A DNA stretch of 64,000 nucleotides, taken from Geosiphon pyriformis uo1 (lineage: Eukaryota; Fungi; Glomeromycota). Below the pieces are notes generated by a model. It did no database searches, was not told the DNA's origin, and worked only from the letters and a program-made list of their open reading frames with translations. This document shows positions 43,150-55,876 of this stretch, piece after piece; the stretch's first letter is position 1; every line of letters starts with the position of its first letter. The translations under genes and the position numbers were made by a program. The stretch covers positions 4,347 to 68,346 of the forward strand of contig JAAOMT010000777.1 of the NCBI GenBank assembly GCA_016748015.1, given 5' to 3'.

Positions 43150-46100
43150 TATTACAGATAATTATTTGGAGTTTCAAAGCAAATAACAAATCTGTAACTT
43201 GGTACTTAATAATTGATATAATAGTGATATCTAAAAGTTATAGTGATTTGAAGAATTTTAGTAATTTGAAGGTTTTGGTTGAGTTTTTTATATAATGAAC
43301 AATGATTCAATAGTTGTTTTTAGTAGACTTCTAGAATTGCAATTCTGCCAAATTTTTTTTTTAGCATAATAGCCAGTAATTTTTCTGGTAAGCTATTTTT
43401 GATTCTGTAAGTATTCTATCCTTGTTTTACAGGTTTTTTACCAGTCTCTTTGATGTTGATAATTCTACACATTGATTCTTAATCAATTAGTAAACAACAA
43501 AACAAATAAAAAAAATTAAAAAAATTAAGTCAAGACAATTAAGTTAGTATTTCATTAATAGCCATGATCAAGAGCTATTGTTCTAGCATAGTTAAATATT
43601 GACAGCTATTAACATGAAGTGTTGATAGTTTAGAGTTTGATGAATATTTTTCAATCAAACAATAACAACATAAATTAGATATAGATAAGTATTTTATTGA
43701 TAATTTGATGATTTTATTTTAGCAAATATAAACTATTCTTAAAGCAATTAGAAAATAGATAGAAAGGGAAGTCCAAACTAAGAAGTCTGTCTTTTTTGCT
43801 TCTAATATTATTGCTATATATACAAATTTGAAATTTTTCAATTCCTCAATTTTTTTCACTAAAAATTCTACAATTCTTTAAGAAGAATTCTGAAATTCTG
43901 AAATCCTGTGATTTTTTGTATAAGAATCCTGTAATTTCTGGAATCCTAAAATTCCTTTAAAAAGAATCCTAAAATTCCATATTTTACTATGTCTACTTCT
44001 GATTGGCTAATATATATACTACTATGATTTTTATATTTTATGAATAATATTATTCTTTTCTTTTAATATTGAGCTCTGTCAAAATTCTTGAACTTTCTTA
44101 ATTTTTTTTCTTTAATTATTTCTTGGACTTTTTTTTCAAAAATTACCTGTGTTATTTTGGTCTGTAATTTTTTAAATTAGGCATTAATTATTTTACTTAT
44201 TTGATTAGTAATAACTGTATTTATTATTGTATTAAGTAGTATTTTTGGTCAGTCTTAAAATCCAGCATATAATTAATAGATAGCTTATGTTTGTATTATT
44301 AGATTGTTTTTTCCCACAAATTGCTTAAGTTATTGTAGTATTGTTATGTCAAATAATTGTTTTGTTTTATCTGTATATAAGTTCTGAATATTCAGATATT
44401 GTCTTAAGTAGAAATAACAAAAGTTTCTTAAAAATTAATGTATCTATCAATTCCATGTTTTTTTGTCAACTCTTGATATAGTATAATTTTTGTTTGTTTT
44501 TTTTTTGCTGATTTTACTTTTATGATTATCTTGTCAATAATGTTTTCTAGTTTTCTCTGTACTTCATATTGAGATTTCTTTCTTGTATCTTTATATTGAA
44601 TGGTTTGTTAGTTAATTGTAATTTTCATATGTTGTTGTTGAATTAATTGAAAAAATTATTGAGCCAATATGTAAATATTATTAGTAATTTCCATTTTTTT
44701 GATATTTTTTGTTACATTTTAACTCTTTATATAGAGTTTTGATGTTTTAATTTAACATATTTATGTTGATAATTATTAATGGTTCTAGATCTTGTAGAAT
44801 TTTTTCTGGTTGAACTAGTATTTTCTGTATTTCGAATTGTGAAATATCATAAATAGATGATGATACTATATTGTGATAGAGTTTTAATCAATCACTATGT
44901 GCTGTTTTGATTAAAATTTTGTTGTTCTATCTTAATTTATGAGCTTTATTTCCTAGAATTTCTTCTATGTAAAATGGTTTGTCCTATTTGAGATCAAATT
45001 TTCTATTCTATTGTTTTTTTGCTTTAATATAATGTAAGAGTACTTTGTCTTCTATCCTAAATTAAACTAGTTTGTCTGGTAATTGGTTATTGTGTTTTTC
45101 TTTTTATTTTTTTTGTGATTTTTGTATATTATTAGCTGCTTTTCACTATTTGTTTTCTAGAGTTTCCATTAAGTCATATGTTCTTTTCAATAATATTTCT
45201 TTGGAAATTGTCTTCTGTTATTGGTTTAGTTGGATATGTCTTGACTTTTATTTCAACTGGTAGTGTTGTTGTTCTACTATATATTAATTCAAATAATGTT
45301 GTTTGTGTAGTGTCTTGTTTTATTGTTCAATAAGTAAATAATACTAATAGTATAAATAAATCTTATTTGTCTTGGTTTTTTTGATTGATTTTAGTAATTG
45401 CTTCACACAGTATTCTATTGAATTTATCAACTAAGCCATTAGTTTGTTAATAATATGATGATGATAGTGGTCATTTAATTCCAAATTTTTAACTTAATTT
45501 TACCAATGTTCTGTTTACAAAGTAAGTTTTTTGGTCTGATAACTATTCTTTTAGACATCTGTGTTAACATATTAAGTCTTGATGAATAAATTCAGCTATA
45601 GATTTTGCATCTGCTCTTTGAATTGTTTTTGCTTTTGGTTATTTTGTGAAATAGTCTATAGTTACTACAATATATTTGTTTCCTTTGCTGATAATTGTCA
45701 GTAGTTTGAATAAGTCAATTCCAACGTGATCAAATAATTGTCCTATTTTAATTGGTTTCAATGGTTTGTTGAGTCTTGTTTCTTCTCTTCTTTAACAAGT
45801 ATCACAATTTTGAATTTATTGGATGATATTTGAATATATTAATAGCCAATAGTATCTTTTTCTGGTTTTTTTTATGGTTGCTTCTTTATAAAAATGTCCT
45901 GTCATTGAATCTGAGTGCATATTAAATAGTATTGTTTCTTTTTTTGGTTCTGTGATTACTCTAAATAGTTGGTCTGGATCCTTTTTTTTTTGATATAATA
46001 TATTTTAGTAGTTGATAAAATATTTGGATTATTGTTTTATGTTGCTTTGTTCTTTTTGAGATAATTTTTCCTTAAACAATTGAATATCAATATATTGTTG

Positions 46101-46532
46101 AAGTTGTTAATATTTTTGTGTATTCATCTTTTGTTATATTTTTGAGTTAAAATGTTCTTAGATTTGTTTTATTCATAACAAACTGTTGGCATTTTCATTT
46201 TTTTTTTCCTTTTTTATAATGTACTGTATAATTAAATAGTAAAAGCTCTATTTTCTATCTTATATGTTGATTGTCTTTGAATTCTTGTTTCTGAATTGAA
46301 GTTTATTCTTTGTAATTAGTATATACATTAAACTTTTGGCTCAAATATTCCTTTTATTTGATAACTGCCCAATAAATAGTTAAGTTTTTAGTGCTGGTGT
46401 TCCATAGTTTTTTTCTGCTAGACTCAAATTTCAAATGACATATACTACTAAATGTTCTTTTCTATTCAATCTTCTTTAAGATAATACAGCTTCTAATACT
46501 TGACTTAATACATCAGTAATAATGATGAATTA
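43150..46532 (-). mobile_element. Element C: family-1 3' half (RH, IN 44747-46127, ORF3 44063-44694, PPT, 3' LTR 43150-44049); interrupted by B
   Basis: Reverse complement aligns with A 55440-58827 (NYGTPAL, MHSDSMTGHFY, GIDL, SDQKTYF, DRAQY*). Confidence 0.88.
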
Positions 46533-47465
46533 TGTTACTCATAGAATATTGAAAATATAGTATTATTAGTCAGTAGATATTAGCCAATCAGATGTAGATA
46601 TAGTAAATATGAAATTCCAAGATTCCTTTCAGAAGAATTGCAGGATTCCAGAAATTTTAGAATTCTCTGACAAGGAATCACAAGATTCCAGGAATTTCAT
46701 GATTCCTGTTGCAAGAAATTGAGGAATTAAGAAATCTCAAATATATATAGTAGTAGCATTAGAAGCAGAAAAAAGAGAATCAACACCAAGAATTCTTAGC
46801 TTAGTTATCACAATTCTTAAATAAATAATTATTTACTATATCAAATTCATTCTTCACTATCAACACTTCATGTTAATAGTAACTGATACTTAACCATACT
46901 AGAACAATAGCTCTTAATCATGGCTATTGACAGGATACTAACTTGCGAATTGCCTTGGCTTATTTCTTAGTTTCTCTTTTATCTTTTTTTGTTTTCTTTG
47001 TTGTCTACTAACTTGATTAAAGGATTTACTCTTGGAGGACTTATGGAGTAATAAAACTTACTTAAAACAATACTTACTCTTGGAGGACTTATGGAGGAAT
47101 AAAACTTACTTAAAACAATACTTACTCTTAGAGAACTTACAGAAGAATAAACTTGCTTAAAACAATACTTACTCTTGGAGAACTTACGGAGGAACTGCCA
47201 TCAGAAAACAGCACTGGTATACACTTATGGAGAATATCATATTAGGAGAATCATCAATTATCAAGCTGAGCAAGCAATCAACAAAACTACAGTTTCAGGA
47301 AACTACTGATAAACTGTTATCATTAAATTTCTGTTCATTATACAAAGAACTTAATTAGAAAACCTTCAAATAAAATATCTTCAAATTATCATCGTCACCA
47401 ATCACTTTGCACACCAAGTTATGGATTTGTTATTCACTCAACACCCCAAGAATTCACCTGTAACA
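46533..47465 (+). repeat. 5' LTR of B
   Basis: TGTTAC...GTAACA termini, CCAAT box (AGCCAATCAG), GGA(A)TTCC repeats and TATATATA near 46742. Confidence 0.92.
47026..47194. repeat. 48-bp tandem repeat x3.5 inside the B LTR
   Basis: TTACTCTTGGAGGACTTATGGAGGAATAAAACTTACTTAAAACAATAC units start at 47026, 47074, 47122 and 47169. Confidence 0.9.
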
Positions 47466-47467
47466 TT

Positions 47468-47484
47468 TGGTGCTCCCTGTGAGG
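47468..47484 (+). promoter_or_regulatory. Primer binding site of B (TGGTGCTCCCTGTGAGG)
   Basis: Lies 2 nt after the LTR and is complementary to a tRNA 3' end CCUCACAGGGAGCACCA. This resembles elongator tRNA-Met or tRNA-Ile(UAU); identity not verified. Confidence 0.85.
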
Positions 47485-48658
47485 TATAATTCTACAGAGA
47501 ACTAGCACCAACAAGAACAAACCAAAAGTGGCAGAATCAGAAAATATAGGAGCAAACCATTTAGGATTCACAAAATTCTTGTTTCAACAATACAGCCAAC
47601 AATTAGAATTAAATAGTAATCATTACCCAGCCAAATCAGTCTTCAACTTCTATGTCAATGACAAAATCACTAAATTCTTAAGAGGAACAATTAACATTGA
47701 AACAGCAAGAGAAAACTTTTACACAGAATTATTCCAACACACCAACTTACCAAGAAACTATAATTTTGCACCAATAATCAGAAAAATCAACCAAACTATT
47801 GAAAAGTACACTCAACAACAATTTCCTATTACCTATACAGATAAAAGCAAAGGAAGGTTACAAACATTAGCAGTAATGCCTAAAGAGATACAACTACCAA
47901 CCTGGAAGAAACAAAGAATTGAATCCCCACCATATTTATCATATCATCACACACTTGGAAGCACTATCAATATTTCATCTGCAGGTGTGTCCACATCAAA
48001 CGTGACATCAATATTTAGACAATTTCCATTCCAAAGTAAACAAAAAAAAGTGGAGTTATTAGGACCATATGACAAATATTTCGAGCGATTTAAATTATGA
48101 TCACCAACACCATCAGGAATTCAATCACTGCCACTTCCACCAGATTTTGGAATCTCTGATTCATGGAAGGTAACGGAATGAAGAAGAAGAAACTGAAAAT
48201 CAAGAATTCATTTACCAGAACCCAATCACTGAAAACCTGGAAATTGAAACCCTGAATCTTCAGAACCAGCAAAATTTAAATTCAGTAAATTTGGAAGTTG
48301 AAACTCCAAATATTCAGACACCACCAACTCAGGATAATCGAAACCCCAATCTAATTAATCAACCAAACTTATCTCCAGTAATCATTATTGATCAACCACC
48401 AATTGATCCAATAGCTGAACCCATACAGCAATCACTTCAACTACCACCTTAAAAAAATCAACAACCACTTCAACAGCCACCACAACCACTCAACTTAGAC
48501 CCAATGGCCTATACACCAATCACAAAACTGGATAATTTCACCAGCAAAGAAGACAACACTCAAGTATGGCTGAATGATGTGGAAAAAGCCATTGTAGTCA
48601 ACGAATGGAATGACATCTGAGCAATACAAGCCATTCCCTATTTTCTTAAAGATACCAC

Positions 48659-49543
48659 TATTACTCATAGAAATATAGGAAATATATTAGCATAATTATT
48701 AGCCAATTAGAAGTAAGCATAGTAAATGTGGAATTCCAGAATTCCTCTCAAGAATTGCAGGATTCCAGGAATTTCAGAATTCCCAACAAGGAATTACAGA
48801 ATTCCAGAATTCCAGGATTCTTCTCAAAGGAATTGCAGGATTCCAGAAATTCCAGGATTCCTGTCATGAAGAATTGAGGAATTGAGGAATCTTAATTATG
48901 TATATATAGCAGTAGTGTTAGAAACAGAAAAGACAGAATTGATACCACAGAATCCTTAGCCTAGAAATGCCATCATCAAATAAAAATAATTATTTCATAT
49001 CTCAAATTCACTTTCCACTATCAACACTTCATGTTGATAGTAATTGATACTTAACCACACTGGAACAATAGCTCTTGATCATGGCTATTGATGGGATATT
49101 AATCTGCAAATCGCCTTGACTTATTTCTTTTGCTTTTTTTATTTTCTTTATTTCTTTTTCTTTATTTTATTTTGATTTATTGTTGTGTACTAATTGATAA
49201 AAAATTAAGCACTGAGTTATTGACGTCAAAGATAGCCTAGTAAAAGACCCAGAAATAAGAGTAGAATTTATATATTATCGGATAGCTTACCAAAAGGGCA
49301 CAACTGTCAGACTAAATCCAGCCACCATGCTGAGAAAGAAATTGGGAAAACTTTTGGAAAGATACATCTACCATCAACACTATTGAATCTCTGTTCATTA
49401 TACAAAAGATTCAACCAAAACCTTCAAATTCATAAAAACTTTCAGATACAACACTTGCAGAACATCACCAACAGAAATAGCTGTTGAGCACCAAGTTATG
49501 GGTTTGTTATTCAATTCAACAGCAGAAATAATCACCTGTAACA
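48659..49543 (+). repeat. 5' LTR of A (885 bp)
   Basis: Direct repeat of 57957-58827. Ends TGTAACA. Contains GGA(A)TTCC arrays at 48731-48890 and TATATATA near 48901. Confidence 0.95.
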
Positions 49544-49545
49544 TT

Positions 49546-49561
49546 TGGTGCTCCCTGTGAG
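49546..49561 (+). promoter_or_regulatory. Primer binding site of A
   Basis: TGGTGCTCCCTGTGAG, identical to B. Confidence 0.85.
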
Positions 49562-49605
49562 ATATAATTCTACAGAGAACCAGCACCGACAACACCAAAC
49601 CAAAA

Positions 49606-52600
49606 GTGGCAGAATCAGAAAATATAGGAGCAAACCATTTAGGATTTGCAAAATTTTTATTTTAACACTATTGTCAATACTTGGGATTAAACCACAATCA
49701 TATATCCGCCGAATCAGCCTTCAACTTCTATGTCAATGAAAAGATTTCCTCTTTATTAAGAACACCAGTGAATACTGAATCAGCAAGAGAAACTTTCTAT
49801 AGGGAGTTAATTCAAAACACCAACCTGCCAACAAATCATAATTTCGCATCCATCATCACTAAGATCAACAAAGAAATTGAACACCACACTTAACAAAGAT
49901 ATCCAATTACATACGCTAGTAAAGACAAGGAAAAATTACAAACACCAGCAGTAACACCCCGAAAAATACAGCCACCTCCTTGGAAGAAAAACAGAGTTGA
50001 ATCCCCAAGTAACCCATCCTACCACTATACACTTGGAAGTGCCATCAACATATCATTAACCGACATGTTCCAATCAACTGTGACATCAGCATTTGGACAA
50101 TTCTCATTCCAAAGTAGACAAAAGAAAACAGAATTGCTAGGACCATATGGCGAATACTTTGAGGGATTTAATTCGCAATCATCAACCCCATCAGGGCTTT
50201 GATTACCACCGCCTCCACCAGATTTCGGAATCTCTGATCTGTGAGAAGCAGCAGAATTAGAAAAAGAGGAAGAAGAATCAGAGGATCAAGAATTCACTTA
50301 CCTGCACCCAATCACTGAAAACCTGGAAGTTGAAATCCTGAACATCCAAATTCAGCAACAGTTAGAAAATCCAGAAATCGAAACTCCAAATATTTGAATG
50401 CTGCCAAATCAAAGAAATCAAAACCCCAAATTAATTAATCAGCAAAACTTACCTCTGATAATCATCATCAATCAACTGCCAATTAATCCCATAGCCGAAC
50501 CCATACAGCAGCCACTTCAGCTACCATCCCAACAGCCAGGACAACAACAACTGCTTCAACAGCCACCACAACCACCTAACTTAGACCCAATGGCCTACGC
50601 ACCAATTGCAAAACTTGACAACTTTATGGGTGAAAAAGATGATGCTCAAATATGGCTGAATGATGTAGAAAAGGCCATCACAGCCAATGAATGGAATGAT
50701 GCTCACATAATGCAAGCCATTCCCTACTTTCTCAAAGATACCGCCAATTCATGGTACTAGAGCTTGATTAATAAACCACAAGATTTCAATGCCTTTAAAG
50801 CGGAATTCCTAAAATACTTCAGCAACAACAATAACATCAATTGCCTAGTTAATACATTCACCACTATGAAACAAAGAGAAACTGAAGCAGTCACCACTTA
50901 CCTGGGATGCTTCCATCAAAACCTATGCCAAATTCAAGCAATTGATGCCAACTATTTCACAGCACCACAGATACTCAATCAGTTTATCTGTGGCCTGCAC
51001 AGCAGCATTTTGCAACATGTACATCCATTGTATCCAGGCACTCTTCAAGATGCAGTCACACGTGCCAGAAATTTTAAATCCGCTGAGTCAGAGGCTAACC
51101 ATGCCCAAGCCGTTAATCTAGTAATAAACGAATCATCTGAATTGGATTCCAAGTTGGAGAAGTTCAGTGAATTAATTAATAAGAGATTGGAAGGATACTT
51201 AGCTGACAATTACGCCATTTATTAGCCTCCACAACAACGCAATAATCAAAGAAACTCTAATCGTGCCCAAAATCAACCACACCCATCTTCATCAACCAAT
51301 CAACAGTGGCAACAGGAAACGTGTATCTGCCATTATTGTTGTAAACAAGAACATATCCAAATTGACTGTCGCCAGCATTTAAATAACCAACAATTGGGAA
51401 ATCAATATTGAAATCCCGATTGCCAGTTCCAAACTCTGAATCAGTACCCAAATCAAAACCCATCTGTCTACCTACCAGTGACGCAGTCATCAGTCTATTA
51501 GTCTCCAGTATATCAACTTCCAATTTATCAGCCGCAGTCACAAGTAATATATCAACCACAGCCACCAATAATCTATCAACCCCAACAGATCCAAACACCA
51601 CCCCAAAGCTTACCACTCAACAGAACCCAAAGACAGAGAATGACTCAACAGAGCTGGAGATTGACGATGGTAGTCCATCAACTGATCCCCAGTTCTTTAC
51701 AGCAACCATCTGGATTACGCCAGCAGAATTCGGGTACTGGTCAACCCCAGAATCTGAATTCCCAGAACTATTTAAGTCTCCTGGTCACCCCAGAAGATGC
51801 TTCAACCAACAATCCAGCATTTACCTAAGAACAACCACTCACCAGTAATATCTCACCTGCTACCATTACCAAAAATGAGTCATTGTCTACTATTTTTCCA
51901 TTCGAATTTAAGGAAACAGCTGTAATACCATTATTTAGTGGAGCCGCTATTGAAGCCAAACCAATTACTGCAATATACACTGACGCCAAAGTCAAAGGAC
52001 AATCCATCAAATTGATCCTGGACAGCGGTTTTGCAGGCAGCATAATCACAAAACAACTCATGGATCAATTAGGTCACCGAGTTGATCGAGCTGCCAGTGC
52101 TAGAATCATTACAGCCAATGGAGCAACCAAAACCCCAATCGGCGAAATCGACAACTTTCTTTTTGAAGTCAATGGCATCATGACTCCCATTAAAGTTCTA
52201 GTGATAGAAGCCACTCAATACCAAGCTCTCGTAGGTAATGACTGGCTATCTAAAGTCCACACAACGTTAGACTGGAACACCCAGAAACTCCAGCTAATGT
52301 ATCAGAATTAACACATATGTGTTCCGGCCATGTGTGGCCACTTCAAAACTCCTCCAAGAGAGAAACTATTGATTGAACTGGAGGAGGAGAAAGAAAAGCC
52401 TACTTGAAAAGCCTACCAAGTGTTGTAAGCAGACAAAGAGCACAACAAACTACTGCCAATACTCTTCTGGGATGATAGCAACAAGGAAAAAGGGAAACAA
52501 AAGGAAGAACTTACTTGGGAAACTAATGACCTGACATGGACCGACAATGATAAGAGCGAACCGACTTCAAGCTGGGAATGAGAAGAGGACAAAGAAAACA

Positions 52601-55600
52601 AAGAAAAAGCAAAAGAAGAAGAGACCACCCAAACTACCATTGCTTATACCACCTACACTATACCACAACGATCTACCTATCATTAACTTAAGCTTATATG
52701 CATCAATTGCGGCAAAAAATTGTTGTCAATGGGCGTATGCTGTGGGAACGATAAGGAATATTCAATGGCAACTAGGTTCTATTGCCACCCATGCATCTTT
52801 GAACACTTTGGAAGACCAAAACGAGTAGGGAAATGGGACAATCAGCTATGCTTAGCTTGTGGAGAGACTCTCTTGGATAAAGGAATGTGGCATGACATTC
52901 CTGGACATGGAGGAATGTGCAACATAGAGTGTCAATACACAATTCTAATCAGTGACTGGGTTAAAAAGAGAACACCAATTGAAACCGCTTGGCAAAGAGC
53001 AGTGCAACGATTAGACAGTTGTCCACATGACAATGACAAAATTTGGAGAATGGCAACCGCCAAAATTGAAGACACATTACCAGAAGAAATTCGGACAATT
53101 AAAAACAACCCATCAGAACCCATCAAGCTTGACTGGGACGCAGAGCCAGTCATAAACTTCCTGGAACCAGAAGAGTTCCATGAACACTACCAAAACTTGG
53201 CACCCACTAGAAAAGAGCAAGAACAATGGCTAGCACAGTTAAATACAAAACTGTGTCGCCATTGTTTAATTCCCAGTAACTTTGAGTATTGTAATGATTG
53301 TGATCTCATTTACAATCTATCACCACACATAATTTACTTAATCCCTGAAGAAGAAGAACCAATCAGCAGCTGTGCATTGGAATCAGAATTGCTGATTAAT
53401 CGCGATCCAAACTCTGATGATGACGACAAAAACCCCAGTTTCAGCTCTGTTCAAAATGGCAATAACGACAAAAACGATTCAGACTCAGATTCAAAACCTG
53501 ATTTAAACTATGAACAATACATTGCACTACCAGATCTCTCCAAGGAACAAGAGTTGAAATGGTATAGTGACAATGGGGAAGGTATTATGTCAGAACGTGT
53601 GTATGATACAGATGCAAGATTTGATCTGAGATATCCAGGAAAAGATGCCATTAAATTGGAACCACATTCACGCACCTGCATTGATCTGAAAATAGCACTA
53701 AAAATTCCGGCAACAACAATGGTTCAATTAGCATCTAGGAGTAGTTTAGCGAAAAGAGGGATCAATATAAGAGGAGAAATAATTGACGCGAGATATGTAG
53801 GAAATATCATCGCCATGCTACAAAATGACTCAGAAAAGGCCTATATAATAGAGCCCAATGAAAAGATAGCACAGGCAATATTCCTGCCTCTGGTTAGAGT
53901 AGCTCAATTAGTATCAGTGGGAAATAAGAAAAAATTAGGAATAACAGCAAGAGGAATACAAGGATTTGGATTAACAGGTAGAATAGATGTACCAGTTAAT
54001 ATGGCTGAGAAAAAAATTGTTGGCCAAGGAGAAATTATCTCAACTGGTCAAGTTATTTTCATCCCACCATATAGCCAGTACATGCTAGCAATAGAACAGA
54101 AGGAAAAAGAGCAAGAACAAATTTTTGAAGCTGAAGCAAACCTTTGTGAATCAGGGAAGATTGGGTTGATCAATCTCCACATACCAGCCAAAAACTATAG
54201 CAGCATAAAAATTCCCATCTACAACAACACTGACAATGTCATCAACATACCAGAAAGAACTACCACTGAATATTTAACCACAGAAATAGAAGACCAACCA
54301 CCAAACCCCATTCCAGACTTTCCACAACTTTGTAGATATGTTGACATCACATCACAAACAATCTATGGACGAGACAAATATTACTTGCTCCAACTAAAAC
54401 AATTGGAACAGATGAACATAGGAAACTTAAATCCACTCCAATATATGCAGCTCAAGATGTTACTCAACAATTTCAACAACATCTTTGCCAGCGAAAATAA
54501 GTTTGGCTGAACTGACATCATTCAGCATCAGATTAAGACTGGAGATGCAATGCCAATCAAACAAAAAGCATACAAAGTGCCACCAGCCAGCCACGAGATT
54601 ATTCGTCAAGAGATAAACAGAATGCTTGACAACAGACTAATTCAACCATCAATGAGTCTATGGTCATCACCAGTGGTACTCGTTCATAAGAAAAATAAAA
54701 AAATCTGGTTTTGTGTAGACTACAGGAAACTCAATGGTGTAACTTGTAGAGACAGTTATCCAACTCCACGAATACAGGAATTATTCGATGCTTTCAGTAG
54801 GAACAAATAGTTCTCCACATTAGATTTGGACAGTGGTTACTGGCAAGTAGCCATGAATTCAGCTGACAAAGAGAAGACAACATTTACTACTAGAGAAGAG
54901 AATTTCAAATTTGAAGTGATGCCATTCGGCTTAACCAATGCCCCAGCAACTTTCCAATGGCTAATGGAAATTGTTTATATGGACTTATTGTGGAAATCAG
55001 TAGTTGTATACTTGGATGACACCAATGTATTCTCAAAAACGTTTGATGATCATCTTCATTATCTTTAACAAGTGTTCGAAAAACTAAGAAGAGCAGAACT
55101 AAAGTTAAATGCAACAAAGTGCTTCTTTGGCAAGACAGAACTAAAATTCTTGGGACACATAGTCAGCAAAGATGGCATCAAAACAGATCCAGAGAAAATA
55201 GAGATAGTAAAGAACTTTCCAGTGCCAACCAATATAACAGAACTGAAATCATTCTTGAGATTTGCCAGCTACTATCATTATTTTATCAAGAACTTTTCCA
55301 AGATAGCACAGCCACTCAATCAACTGCAAAACAAAAATGCGAAATACGAATGAACAGAAAGTCAACAAGAAGCTTTTGATATTCTGATGAAAAAGCTCAT
55401 CCAAGCTCCAGTACTAATCTATCCAGATTACAGCAAACCATTCATCATCACCACCAATGCATCTGGCCAAGCATTGGGAGCAGTATTATCTCAGAGAGGA
55501 CTGGACAGCAGAAAACATCCAGTAGCATATACCAGCAGAGGTTTAACACCAGCCGAAAAGAACTATGGAACACCAGAACAAGAACACTTAGCAATATACT

Positions 55601-55812
55601 GGGCTGTCATGAAATGGAAAGAATACTTGAGCCAGAAGTTTGAAGTATACACAGATCACAAAGGATTAACATCACTCCAAAAACAAGAATTTGGAGATGG
55701 AAGACAGTTAAGATGGAAAATAGCACTCACACCATACAATTATACTATACATTACAAAAAGGGAAAAGACAACAGAAATGCTAACAGTTTATCATGAATA
55801 AAACAAATCTAA
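49606..55812 (+). pseudogene. A gag-PR-Cys-rich-dUTPase-RT-RNaseH polyprotein (single frame, in-frame stops only)
   Basis: ORFs starting 49681, 50398, 50764, 51640, 51883, 52720, 54550, 54826, 55072 and 55387 share one frame. Capsid from MAYAPI (50590), CX2CX4HX4C at 51328-51369, ILDSG at 52015-52029, YLDD, and RH TNASG/EQEHLA/VYTDH. Ends IKQI* at 55810-55812. Confidence 0.92.
53560..53980 (+). other. dut: dUTPase domain within the A polyprotein
   Basis: All five trimeric dUTPase motifs are present: A(G>R)FDL, RSS, IIDA(G>R)YVGNI, IAQ and RGIQGFG(S>L)TG. The deviations are G>A/C>T changes, and B keeps AGFDL. Confidence 0.92.
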
Positions 55813-55876
55813 GAACATTTTAACCCAAAAATATAATAAAACCAGAACAATACTAACAGAAAAATATAACAAAAAG

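Noticed and set aside
47026-47194. CRISPR-like appearance of the repeat
   Set aside because: Head-to-tail units with no unique spacers, inside a eukaryotic LTR and with no cas genes.
51408-51848. 146-aa S/T-rich ORF overlapping gag (also 59460-59663 in B)
   Set aside because: Shadow frame of CAA/CCA-rich Q/P codons, giving NCA codons that rarely become stops. It has a TTG start and no independent evidence.
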